Assembly: GCA_965655095.1 (NCBI GenBank)
Contig: OZ296648.1
Coordinates: 122,202,001 to 122,266,000, forward strand
Reading direction: 5' to 3'
Source: Haplodiscus bocki
Taxonomy: Eukaryota
Length of the DNA stretch: 64,000 nucleotides
The notes below the pieces were generated by a model that saw only the letters and a list, made by a program, of their open reading frames with translations, ran no database searches and was not told the DNA's origin. Position numbers and translations under genes: made by a program. This document shows positions 10,401 to 24,312 of this stretch, piece after piece. Position 1 is the stretch's first letter. Each line of letters starts with the position of its first letter.

Positions 10401-13400
10401 GATTAAACCCAATTCTTGTAACACCGATGAACAATAAACTATATAATATTGCGAAATCCTAAATTTTGAAAAAAGGATAAAACTTAGGCAAATTTTTAGT
10501 GATATAACCTGGACTACAACAAAAACAAACGTGATAAATCCCAAACTTCATTTTTATGATAAATACAAAACTATATAAAAGTAATGTTTTCCTCATTGGA
10601 GAGCAATGTAACCTTCTGAAAGAGGAACATTTTGTAAATCCTCAAACATAAAGTCGTGATAGTGACTGAACTATAAGATAGTGATATATGCCATAATATA
10701 CAAAAAGGACCAATACTAATTCATATAATAGTACTACACACTCATTTTTACAATAAAGATGAATCCAATACTTTTTATTTTTGAAAAGTCATAAACTATG
10801 TAAAAGTGTTACACCATAAACTATATAACAGTATTAAATCGTAAAGTCTACTTCAGTAAAAATTGGTAAACTATAGAAGACTTATATTCCTAAACTAAAC
10901 AAACCTGATACATAGAGGAACAATCAATTGAAAAAATTCCAAAACTGTTTTTGGTGGACAATTCCTGAACTATATAATACTGATCTCTGCTAGAATTAGA
11001 TAATATTGATACAAGCTAAACAAAAGAGTAGTGCTAAATCCTAAAATCTAATTCGCTGACAAACTTCAACCCAAGCACTATTGCTAAGTCATAAACTAGA
11101 GATTAGTGAGACATCCCGAACTATACAGAAGTGACAAATCCCCAAATTTTCCGTAATGATAAACCATGAACTATAAAATAGAGATAAAACCCAAACTATA
11201 AATTGGTGTTAATTCCCATTTCTATGTTAGTGATAACTCCCATACTTAGATGACATTGATACTGCAAAAATTGTACAAGATTAATGTTTCTAAACCATCT
11301 TTAACTGAAAATTACCAAAACGAAACACTAGTGTTAAATCAGAAAGTAGATGATAGTGTTACTTCCTAAACTATAAAATCTTGAGAAAACACCAAAAAAC
11401 GTTTTACTGTAAAAGACGAAACTAAGTATTATTGATAAACCCTACATTCAATAACAGTGATACTTGCTGAAACATACAATGGTGAAAAAACTTAAGCACT
11501 ATGATGATGTTAAATCCAAAACTATGAAAAATTGATAAGCCCTAAACTAAAAGACACTGACAAATCCTTAAAACAGATATTGAAAACATAACGTATACTT
11601 TGAAAAAATGATGAAAGCCAAACTTCAATTTACTGACAAATATAAAAACTGTACATTAGTGATGGATCCTAAACAATAAAATTGTGATAAAACCTTAACT
11701 AGATACAAGTGATGCATCTTGAACTCTACAACAGTGTTAAACACCATAAAAAATATCAATGAAAACGCTTAAGCATATGCTAAGAATAAATCCCAAACTG
11801 TAAAGTAGTGACAAATCCTAAACTTTATAACCGTTAGATATCCTGCTTTGGATAACAATGAAACATTCTGAAATAAACAAAAGTGGCAAATCCTAAAACA
11901 GACAGTTTTGATATTGACTATAAGTTATGACAGTGATAAAATCTTGGCATATAAATTCCTGATCAAAAAAAAACTACCCAGTGATGGTAAACTTTAAACT
12001 ATATAGAACTTCTGAATCCTAAAGAAGATTGAAACTGATAGAGACAAATGTATAAGAAAATGGTAAGTCCTAAACTCTATAAAAGGGATAAATCTTAATT
12101 TATATGATAGTGACGCATCCTTAACGATACAACAGTCAAAAATCCAAAAATACAACCTGCTACCAAAGGTGAAACTATGTAGTAGGGATAAATGCTAAAC
12201 ATTATAAAAGTGATAAACAATAACTTAGATAATAGTGAAAGATGATATACTTTAGAATGGTAACATATCCTAAACTATAGCTTACTGATGAAGAATAAAC
12301 CATTTATCAGCAATATTCCCTTATTTTTACAGTAGTGATGAATCCTCAACCAGTTAAGAGTGTTAATCCCTGAACCCTAAAAAAGTGATAAATCCAAAAC
12401 TATTTGATAGTGATAAATACTAAGCTATTCAAAAAAATTCTAAAAAAAAAGATGTGATAAGTCCTGAACTATATAAAACTGATACAACCTGAACAAGGCA
12501 GCATTATTATATCCTACATTAAAGACTATTGAAAGTTTCTAAACTTTCCATTAGTGATACATACCAAACTAAATTAGAGTGAAGGGCCCATGCTAATTTA
12601 CACTGATAACTACTCAAGTAATTATTAGTTACAATCCATAAACTATATGTTAGTTATGAATCCCAACCTATATATTGGTGATGCTAGCTGAAATTTACAT
12701 TAGAGATAAATTCTAATAGATATCAAAGTGACAAATCCTAAAGCATGTTACGGTGATAATTACTAAACTACCTAATAGTCATAAACACTAAACTAAAAAC
12801 GAGTGATAATTCCTAGACTAAAGCGCTATTACAACAGCAAAAAGGATCTAAATAACATCCTCAAGTATACAATAGTGTTACATCCTAACATTTATTTCAA
12901 ATAAGTACTAAACAATATACTAGTGATACATCTTAAACTAGCTACTAGTGATAATTCCGAAAGTCAATTTTTGTGAGAAGTCCTAAGTTATTTAACAATG
13001 AGAACTGCTAAACTATATAATAATATTATCCCAAACTATATGTTAGTGATAAATTCTAAACTAGATAAAAGTTACATCTTCTAAACTTTGTAGTAAGGAT
13101 AAACCCCTAAACTGTTTATTAGTGATAAACCCTAAAATCGATAAGAGTGATATACCTTATGCTATGTAAGCGTGACTAAAACCAAAATATGTAATAACGT
13201 TGAACAACAAAATATGTCCTTTTGATGAATCCATAACTGAACAAAAGTGATAAATCTAAAGGAAAGGTAATAGTGGTACATCCTAAACTTTGAAATCGTG
13301 AGAAAACCGCAAAAAAAATTCCTCTGTAGTTGGCAAAACCAAAGAATAGTGATAAACCCTACATTGGATAACAGTGACACCTGCTAAAATATACAATAGT

Positions 13401-15360
13401 GAAACATCATAAACCCTAGGGTTGTGATAATTCCCAAACTATGATAAAATGATAAACTCCAAACTGGAAACACCGACAAATTCATAAAACAGATTTTCGT
13501 GGTGTAACCTATGCTTTGCAAAAATGTTGATAGCTAAACCTCAATTTACTGACAACTATAAAAATTGTACATTAGTGATGGATCCGAAACTATAAAATTG
13601 TGATAAACATTTATAGACATAGGTGATACATCTTGAACTCTACAAAAGAGTTACACTCCTAAAAAAACCAATGATAAGGTGTAACCATATGATAAAAAAA
13701 CATCCCAAACTATCAAATAATAATATCCCAAACTATATGCTAGTGATAAATGCTAAACTATATAAAAGTCATATCTTCTAAACTCTGTAGTAATGATAAA
13801 CCCTAAACTGCTTAAAAGCGATAAACACTAAACACAATGATAGTGATAAAAACCTAAACTATGTTTATGTGATGAAACCTAAACTTATTAAGACTGATAC
13901 ATCCTAAACTAAATAAGAGTGACTAAATCCGAAAGATGTATGAACAATGAAGAACAAACTGTGTACTATTGATAAATCTTAATGTATATTAAAGTGATAA
14001 ATCTTAGGGAAAGGTAATAGTGGTACATCTTGAACTATACAAACGTGAAAAACACCAAACTTTATTTCTTTGATAAAAATGAAACCAAAAAAAGTGATAA
14101 AACATAAACTACCTAGTAAAAGTGAACACTCCGTTGGAGAAGAGCGAACAGAAAACCATAAACTTTATAGTAGTGAGACACACTGAACTATACAGAAGTG
14201 GTGAATCACTATACATACAGTAGTGATGAACCCTAAACAGCATAGTAGTGATGAAAGCCATTTCTTTATTAGCGGTATTTCTTAGCAAAAGATTAGCGAA
14301 AACTCTTAAATTTAGAAAGAATTGATACATCTAATCTATGCAATAGAGATTAACCTAAACTGTTCCTGCATGACAAAATACCAAACAAAATATTAGTAAT
14401 AAAACGAAAAATATATAATAGTGTTTCATTCTGAACTATACACACGTGATAAAACCCTAAACTTCATTTTACTGATCAAGAGAAAACTAGAAAGTGGTGA
14501 TAAATCCTACTTTGATTAAAAGTGATACCTGCGGAAGTAAGCAATTGTGACAAAACCTGCACGATATCGTGGGGATAAGTCCTGAACAGTAAGGAAGTGT
14601 TATACCCTGAACTAAAAGAACTATTGAATCAAGACAAACGATATTAGTGACAAATCGTAAACTTTGAAGAACTGATAAAAGCTAAACTTCAAACTACGGA
14701 CAAAAAAAATGTATAGTAAAGATAAATTTTTAACTTTACAATCCTAATACATGCTAGAAAATACAAAAGGCAAAAATACTAAACTATAGCGTAGTAACAA
14801 ATCCTAAACTTCATAACAGTGATAAATCCTACATTGGATAACAGTGAAACACTCTGCAAGTAACAATTGTGGTTAATCCTAAAACAAACAATAGTGATAA
14901 GGACTAAACTATATGATAGTGTTAACTCCTAAACTTTGTAGTATTGAGAAACCCCAAATCATATAATAGTGAAACGTCCTGAACTTCACAATGGTGATGA
15001 ACCCCAGAGATTTCAGGATTAAGAACAATGTGAAAGTGTTACATCATAAAGTGTACAGTAGTGATATATCCTGAACTGTGCTTCACTGGTACATTCTAAA
15101 CAAAAGAAAAGTGCTAAATCATAAGCTCTAAACGAGCCACAAATCCAAAACTAAACAATCGTGATGAAACCCCAAATGTCATTTCATTGATAAATACAAA
15201 ACTATATAGTGGTGATAAACCCTACGTTGGATAAAGGCGAATCTCCCTGAAAAGTACTATACTGACAAATCGTAAAGCATATGGCAGTGATAGTTCCTGA
15301 ACTACATAACAGTGATAAACCCTAATTTGAAAAATTTAGTAAGTCCTAGAAATAAATTTT

Positions 15361-18300
15361 AGTGACATATCCTAAACTTTGAAAAACTGATAAAAGCTAA
15401 ACTTTAATTCAGTAAAACTTATAAAAACAGAATAGTAGGATGATTCGCAAACTATATTATAGTGGTTAACCCTAAACTAAATGAAAGTTAAACAACTTGA
15501 ACTTTACAATAGTGACAAATCCTAAAACGAAGAAATTTGAAAATGGTTAAAAAACATGATAGTAATGAATCCTGAAATACGTGAGAAAGATAATTCCTAA
15601 ATCAGTTACTAGTGATACGTCCCGAACCTAACAATAGTGATTAGTCCCGAATTTTGGAATTTTGAAAAATCGTAAACTATGTAAAAGTGGTCCATCATAA
15701 ACTATACAAGAAAGAATAATTCCAAAACCGTAATGTACGAAAATGTCCTAAGTTAATAGATAGTGATAAACCCCAGCTTAGGAAATTGTAATACATCGAG
15801 AAAAAATTAGAAGGTATGAAATCTGAACTAAATTTTAGTGCCAAGTCCTAACCTTTGTATCAGTGACAAATCCAACGTTATATAACAGTGAGACAATCTG
15901 AATCATACACTTGTGATAAACCTGAGACCCTATGATGGTGATCATTCCCAAACTACGAAAAAGTGATAAACCTAAACTGAAAACCTTGACAAATCCTTAA
16001 GTCAGATTTTAGTGACATAAGCTGTGCTTTGAAAAATTGCTGGAAACTAAACATCAATTTACTGACAAATATAGAAACTGTACATTAGTGATGGATCCTA
16101 AACTGTAAAAGTGCGATAAACCTTCAAATAGATAAAGGTGATAAATCTTGAACTCTACAAAAGTGTTAAACTCCCTAAAAAATCAATCATAATGTGTAAC
16201 CATATGCTAAATATATGACCTAAGCTATAAAATATTAAAAATCCCAAACTATTTGCTAGTCATAAAGTCTAAACTATACAAAAGTCATATCTTCTAAACT
16301 TTGTAGTAATGATAAACTCTAAACTGTTCAATAGTGATAAACACTAAACATAATATTAGTGATAAAACCTAAACTACGTTTATGTGATACAACTTAAACT
16401 TAATAAAAGCGATACATCCTAAACTATATAAGAGTGACTAAATACGAAAAATTTGATAACGACGAACAACAAACTATGTACTATTGATAAATCCTAATGT
16501 ATACAAAAGTGACAAAGGTTTGGGAAAGGTAATAGTGGTACATCTTGAAATATACAACCATGAAAAACCCCAAACTTCATTTCTTTCATAATTATGAAAG
16601 CATATATTAGAGATAAATCCTAAACTACCTAATAAATGTGAACCCTCCGTTAAAGAAAAGTGAACAGAATATCAGAAACTTTATAATAGTGAGACACACT
16701 GAACTATAGAGAAGTGATAAATCACTAAATATACAGTAGTGATGAACCCTAAACAACATAGTAGTGATGAAAGCCATTTCTTTATTAGTGGTAATTCTTA
16801 CCAATAAAATAGCGATAACTCCTAAACTTAGAAAAAATTGATACATCCTGAACTATGCAATAGTGATTGACCTAAACTGTTCCTCAATGACAAAATTCCA
16901 AACAAACTTTTAGAGATAAAACGAAAAATATATAATAGTGTTTCATCCTGAACTATACACACGTGATAAAACCCTAAACCTCATTTTACTGATCAAGAGA
17001 AAACTAGATAGTGGTGATAAATCCGAATTTGGTTAACAGTGATACCTGCGGAAGTAAGATATTATGACAAAGCCTGCACGATATCGTGGGCATAGTTCCT
17101 GAACTATAAAGCAGTGTTAAACCCTGATTTAAAAGAACTATTGAATCCTGAAAACGATATTAGTGACATATCGTAAACTTTGAAGAACTGATGATAGCTA
17201 AACTTCAAAATACTGACAAAAATAAAAATGTATAGTAGTGATAATTTTTTAACTTTACAATCGTAATACGTGCTAGAAAAAACAAAAGGAAATATACTAA
17301 ACTACATTGTAGTAACAAATCCTAAATTTCATATCAGAGATAAATCCTACATTGGATAACAGTGAAACACTCTGCAATATACAATTGTGGTTAATCCTCA
17401 AACATATAATAGTGATAAGGACTAATCTATTTAATAGTGCTAACTCCTAAACTATGTAGTATTGAAAAATAGTAAATCATATAACAGTGATACTTCTTGA
17501 ACTTCACAATAGTGATGAATCCCAGACAATTTAGGATTGAAAACTATGTGAAAGTGTTACATCATAACCTGTACATTAGTGATGAATCCTGAACTGTGTT
17601 TCACTGATACACTCTAAACAAGACAATAAAGCTAAATCATAAGCTATAAACTAGCCACATATCCTAAACTATACAATCGCGATGAAACCCCAAACGTCAT
17701 TTCAATGATAAATACAAAACTATATAGTAGTGATAAACCCTACGTTGGATAACAGTGATGCCTCCTGAAATGTACTATACTGACAAATCCTAAAGCATAT
17801 GGCAGTGATAGCTCCTGAACTACATAACAGTGATAAACCCTAAACTGAAAAATTTAGTAAGTCCTAGAAATAAATATCAGTGACATATCCTAAACTTTGA
17901 AAAACTGATGAAAGCTAAACTTTAATTCAGTAAAACTTATAAAAACAGAATAGTAGGATGATTCGCAAACTATATTATAGTGGTTAACCCTAAACTAAAT
18001 GAAAGTTATACAACTTGAACTTTACAATAGTGACAGATCCTAAAACGAAGAAATTTGAAAATGGTTGAAAAACATGATAGTAATGAATCTTGAAATACAT
18101 GAGAAAGACAGTTCCTAAATCAGTTACTAGTGATACGTCCCGAACCTAACAATAGTGATTAGTCCCGAATTTTGGAATTTTGAAAAATCGTGAACTATGT
18201 AAAAGTGGTCCATCATAAAATATACAAGAAAGTATAATTCCAAAACCGTAATGTACGAAAATGTCCTAAGTTATTAGATAGTGATAAACCCCAGCTTAGG

Positions 18301-21300
18301 AATTGGTAATACATCGAGAAAAAATTAGAAGGGATGAAATCTGAACTAAATTTTAGTGCCAAGTCCTAACCTTTGTATCAGCGACAAATCCAACGTTATA
18401 TAACAGTGAGACAATCTGAATCATACACTTGTGATAAACCTGAGACCCTATGATGGTGATCATTCCCAAACTACGAAAAAGTGATAAACCTAAACTGAAA
18501 ACCTTGACAAATCCTTAAGTCAGATTTTAGTGACATAAGCTGTGCTTTGAAAATTTGCTGGAAACTAAACATCAATTTACTGACAAATATAGAAACTGTA
18601 CATTAGTGATGGATCCTAAACTGTAAAAGTGTGATAAACCTTCAAATAGATAAAGGTGATAAATTTTGAACTATACAAAAGTGTTAAACTCCCTAAAAAA
18701 TCAATCATAATGTGTAACCATATGCTAAATATATGACCTAAGCTATAAAATAATAAAAATCCCAAACTATTTGCTAGTCATAAAGTCTAAACTATACAAA
18801 AGTCATATCTTCTAAACTTTGTAGTAATGATAAACTCTAAACTGTTCAATAGTGATAAACACTAAACATAATATTAGTGATAAAACCTAAACTACGTTTA
18901 TGTGATACAACTTAAACTTAATAAAAGCGATACATCCTAAACTATATAAGAGTGACTAAATACGAAAAATTTGATAACGACGAACAACAAACTATGTACT
19001 ATTGATAAATCCTAATGTATACAAAAGTGACAAAGGTTTGGGAAAGGTAATAGTGGTACATCTTGAAATATACAACCATGAAAAACCCCAAACTTCATTT
19101 CTTTCATAATTATGAAAGCATATATTAGAGATAAATCCTAAACTACCTAATAAATGTGAACCCTCCGTTAAAGAAAAGTGAACAGAATATCAGAAACTTT
19201 ATAATAGTGAGACACACTGAACTATAGAGAAGTGATAAATCACTAAATATACAGTAGTGATGAACCCTAAACAACATAGTAGTGATGAAAGCCATTTCTT
19301 TATTAGTGGTAATTCTTACCAATAAAATAGCGATAACTCCTAAACTTAGAAAAAATTGATACATCCTGAACTATGCAATAGTGATTGACCTAAACTGTTC
19401 CTCAATGACAAAATTCCAAACAAACTTTTAGAGATAAAATGAAAAATATATAATAGTGTTTCATCCTGAACTTTACACACGTGATAAAACCCTAAACCTC
19501 ATTTTACTGATCAAGAGAAAACTAGATAGTGGTGATAAATCCGAATTTGGTTAACAGTGATACCTGCGGAAGTAAGATATTATGACAAAGCCTGCACGAT
19601 ATCGTGGGCATAATTCCTGAACTATAAAGCAGTGTTAAACCCTGATTTAAAAGAACTATTGAATCCTGAAAACGATATTAGTGACATATCGTAAACTTTG
19701 AAGAACTGATGATAGCTAAACTTCAAAATACTGACAAAAATAAAAATGTATAGTAGTGATAATTTTTTAAATTTACAATCGTAATACGTGCTAGAAAAAA
19801 CAAAAGGAAATATACTAAACTACATTGTAGTAACAAATCCTAAATTTCATATCAGAGATAAATCCTACATTGGATAACAGTGAAACACTCTGCAATATAC
19901 AATTGTGGTTAATCCTCAAACATATAATAGTGATAAGGACTAATCTATATAATAGTGCTAACTCCTAAACTATGTAGTATTGAAAAATAGTAAATCATAT
20001 AACAGTGATACTTCTTGAACTTCACAATAGTGATGAATCCCAGACAATTTAGGATTGAAAACTATGTGAAAGTGTTACATCATAACCTGTACATTAGTGA
20101 TGAATCCTGAACTGTGTTTCACTGATACACTCTAAACAAGACAATAAAGCTAAATCATAAGCTATAAACTAGCCACATATCCTAAACTATACAATCGCGA
20201 TGAAACCCCAAACGTCATTTCAATGATAAATACAAAACTATATAGTAGTGATAAACCCTACGTTGGATAACAGTGATGCCTCCTGAAATGTACTATACTG
20301 ACAAATCCTAAAGCATATGGCAGTGATAGCTCCTGAACTACATAACAGTGATAAACCCTAAACTGAAAAATTTAGTAAGTCCTAGAAATAAATATCAGTG
20401 ACATATCCTAAACTTTGAAAAACTGATGAAAGCTAAACTTTAATTCAGTAAAACTTATAAAAACAGAATAGTAGGATGATTCGCAAACTATATTATAGTG
20501 GTTAACCCTAAACTAAATGAAAGTTATACAACTTGAACTTTACAATAGTGACAGATCCTAAAACGAAGAAATTTGAAAATGGTTGAAAAACATGATAGTA
20601 ATGAATCTTGAAATACATGAGAAAGACAGTTCCTAAATCAGTTACTAGTGATACGTCCCGAACCTAACAATAGTGATTAGTCCCGAATTTTGGAATTTTG
20701 AAAAATCGTGAACTATGTAAAAGTGGTCCATCATAAAATATACAAGAAAGTATAATTCCAAAACCGTAATGTACGAAAATGTCCTAAGTTATTAGATAGT
20801 GATAAACCCCAGCTTAGGAATTGGTAATACATCGAGAAAAAATTAGAAGGGATGAAATCTGAACTAAATTTTAGTGCCAAGTCCTAACCTTTGTATCAGC
20901 GACAAATCCAACGTTATATAACAGTGAGACAATCTGAATCATACACTTGTGATAAACCTGAGACCCTATGATGGTGATCATTCCCAAACTACGAAAAAGT
21001 GATAAACCTAAACTGAAAACCTTGACAAATCCTTAAGTCAGATTTTAGTGACATAAGCTGTGCTTTGAAAAATTGCTGGAAACTAAACATCAATTTACTG
21101 ACAAATATAGAAACTGTACATTAGTGATGGATCCTAAACTGTAAAAGTGCGATAAACCTTCAAATAGATAAAGGTGATAAATCTTGAACTCTACAAAAGT
21201 GTTAAACTCCCTAAAAAATCAATCATAATGTGTAACCATATGCTAAATATATGACCTAAGCTATAAAATATTAAAAATCCCAAACTATTTGCTAGTCATA

Positions 21301-24300
21301 AAGTCTAAACTATACAAAAGTCATATCTTCTAAACTTTGTAGTAATGATAAACTCTAAACTGTTCAATAGTGATAAACACTAAACATAATATTAGTGATA
21401 AAACCTAAACTACGTTTATGTGATACAACTTAAACTTAATAAAAGCGATACATCCTAAACTATATAAGAGTGACTAAATACGAAAAATTTGATAACGACG
21501 AACAACAAACTATGTACTATTGATAAATCCTAATGTATATAAAAGTGACAAAAGTTTGGGAAAGGTAATAGTGGTACATCTTGAAATATACAACCATGAA
21601 AAACCCCAAACTTCATTTCTTTGATAATTATGAAAGCATATATTAGAGATAAATCCTAAACTACCTAATAAATGTGAACCCTCCGTTAAAGAAAAGTGAA
21701 CAGAATATCAGAAACTTTATAATAGTGAGACACACTGAACTATAGAGAAGTGATAAATCACTAAATATACAATAGTGATGAACCCTAAACAACATAGTAG
21801 TGATGAAAGCCATTTCTTTATTAGTGGTAATTCTTACCAATAAAATAGCGATAACTCCTAAACTTAGAAAAAATTGATACATCCTGAACTATGCAATAGT
21901 GATTGACCTAAACTGTTCCTCAATGACAAAATTCCAAACAAACTTTTAGAGATAAAACGAAAAATATTTAATAGTGTTTCATCCTGAACTATACACACGT
22001 GATAAAACCCTAAACCTCATTTTACTGATCAAGAGAAAACTAGATAGTGGTGATAATTCCGAATTTGGTTAACAGTGATACCTGCGGAAGTAAGATATTA
22101 TGACAAAGCCTGCACGATATCGTGGGCATAATTCCTGAACTATAAAGCAGTGTTAAACCCTGATTTAAAAGAACTATTGAATCCTGAAAACGATATTAGT
22201 GACATATCGTAAACTTTGAAGAACTGATGATAGCTAAACTTCAAAATACTGACAAAAATAAAAATGTATAGTAGTGATAATTTTTTTAACTTTACAATCG
22301 TAATACGTGCTAGAAAAGACAAAAGGAAATATACTAAACTACATTGTAGTAACAAATCCTAAATTTCATATCAGAGATAAATCCTACATTGGATAACAGT
22401 GAAACACTCTGCAATATACAATTGTGGTTAATCCTCAAACATATAATAGTGATAAGGACTAATCTATATAATAGTGCTAACTCCTAAACTATGTAGTATT
22501 GAAAAATAGTAAATCATATAACAGTGATACTTCTTGAACTTCACAATAGTGATGAACCCCAGACAATTTAGGATTGAAAACTATGTGAAAGTGTTACATC
22601 ATAACCTGTACATTAGTGATGAATCCTGAACTGTGTTTCACTGATACACTCTAAACAAGACAATAAAGCTAAATCATAAGCTATAAACTAGCCACATATC
22701 CTAAACTATACAATCGCGATGAAACCCCAAACGTCATTTCAATGATAAATACAAAACTATATAGTAGTGATAAACCCTACGTTGGATAACAGTGATGCCT
22801 CCTGAAATGTACTATACTGACAAATCCTAAAGCATATGGCAGTGATAGCTCCTGAACTACATAACAGTGATAAACCCTAAACTGAAAAATTTAGTAAGTC
22901 CTAGAAATAAATATCAGTGACATATCCTAAACTTTGAAAAACTGATGAAAGCTAAACTTTAATTCAGTAAAACTTATAAAAACAGAATAGTAGGATGATT
23001 CGCAAACTATATTATAGTGGTTAACCCTAAACTAAATGAAAGTTATACAACTTGAACTTTACAATAGTGACAAATCCTAAAACGAAGAAATTTGAAAATG
23101 GTTGAAAAACATGATAGTAATGAATCTTGAAATACATGAGAAAGACAGTTCCTAAATCAGTTACTAGTGATACGTCCCGAACCTAACAATAGTGATTAGT
23201 CCCGAATTTTGGAATTTTGAAAAATCGTGAACTATGTAAAAGTGGTCCATCATAAACTATACAAGAAAGTATAATTCCAAAACCGTAATGTACGAAAATG
23301 TCCTAAGTTATTAGATAGTGATAAACCCCAGCTTAGGAATTGGTAATACATCGAGAAAAAATTAGAAGGGATGAAATCTGAACTAATTTTTAGTGCCAAG
23401 TCCTAACCTTTGTATCAGCGACAAATCCAACGTTATATAACAGTGAGACACTCTGAATCAGACACTTGTGATAAACCTGAGACCCTATGATAGTGATCAT
23501 TCCCAAACTACGAAAAAGTGATAAACCTAAACTAAAAACCTTGACAAATCCTTAAGTCAGATTTTAGTGACATAAGCTATGCTTTGAAAACTTGCTGGAA
23601 ACTAAACATCAATTTGCTGACAAATATAGAAACTGTACATTAGTGATGGATCCTAAACTGTAAAAGTGTGATAAACCTTCAAATAGATAAAAGTGATAAA
23701 TCTTGAACTCTACAAAAGTGTTAAACTCCCTAAAAAATCAATCATAATGTGTAACCATATGCTAAATATATGACCTAAGCTATAAAATATTAAAAATCCC
23801 AAACTATTTGCTAGTCATAAAGTCTAAACTATACAAAAGTCATATCTTCTAAACTTTGTAGTAATGATAAACTCTAAACTGTTCAATAGTGATAAACACT
23901 AAACATAATATTAGTGATAAAACCTAAACTACGTTTATGTGATACAACTTAAACTTAATAAAAGCGATACATCCTAAACTATATAAGAGTGACTAAATAC
24001 GAAAAATTTGATAACGACGAACAACAAACTATGTACTATTGATAAATCCTAATGTATATAAAAGTGATAAAAGTTTGGGAAAGGTAATAGTGGTACATCT
24101 TGAAATATACAAACATGAAAAACCCCAAACTTCATTTCTTTGATAATTATGAAAGCATATATTAGAGATAAATCCTAAACTACCTAATAAATGTGAACCC
24201 TCCGTTAAAGAAAATTGAACAAAATATCAGAAACTTTATAATAGTGAGACACACTGAACTATAGAGAAGTGATAAATCACTAAATATACAGTAGTGATGA

Positions 24301-24312
24301 ACCCTAAACAAC
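15361..24312 (+). repeat. Higher-order repeat, 2518-bp unit, ~3.5 near-identical copies (plus a more diverged copy at ~13390-15360)
   Basis: Identical shadow ORFs at 16625, 19143 and 21661 (offset 2518) and a diverged one at 14109. Landmark CTGTACATTAGTGATGGATCC at 16078, 18596, 21114, 23633. Identity breaks after ACCCTAAACAACA at ~24312. Confidence 0.95.
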
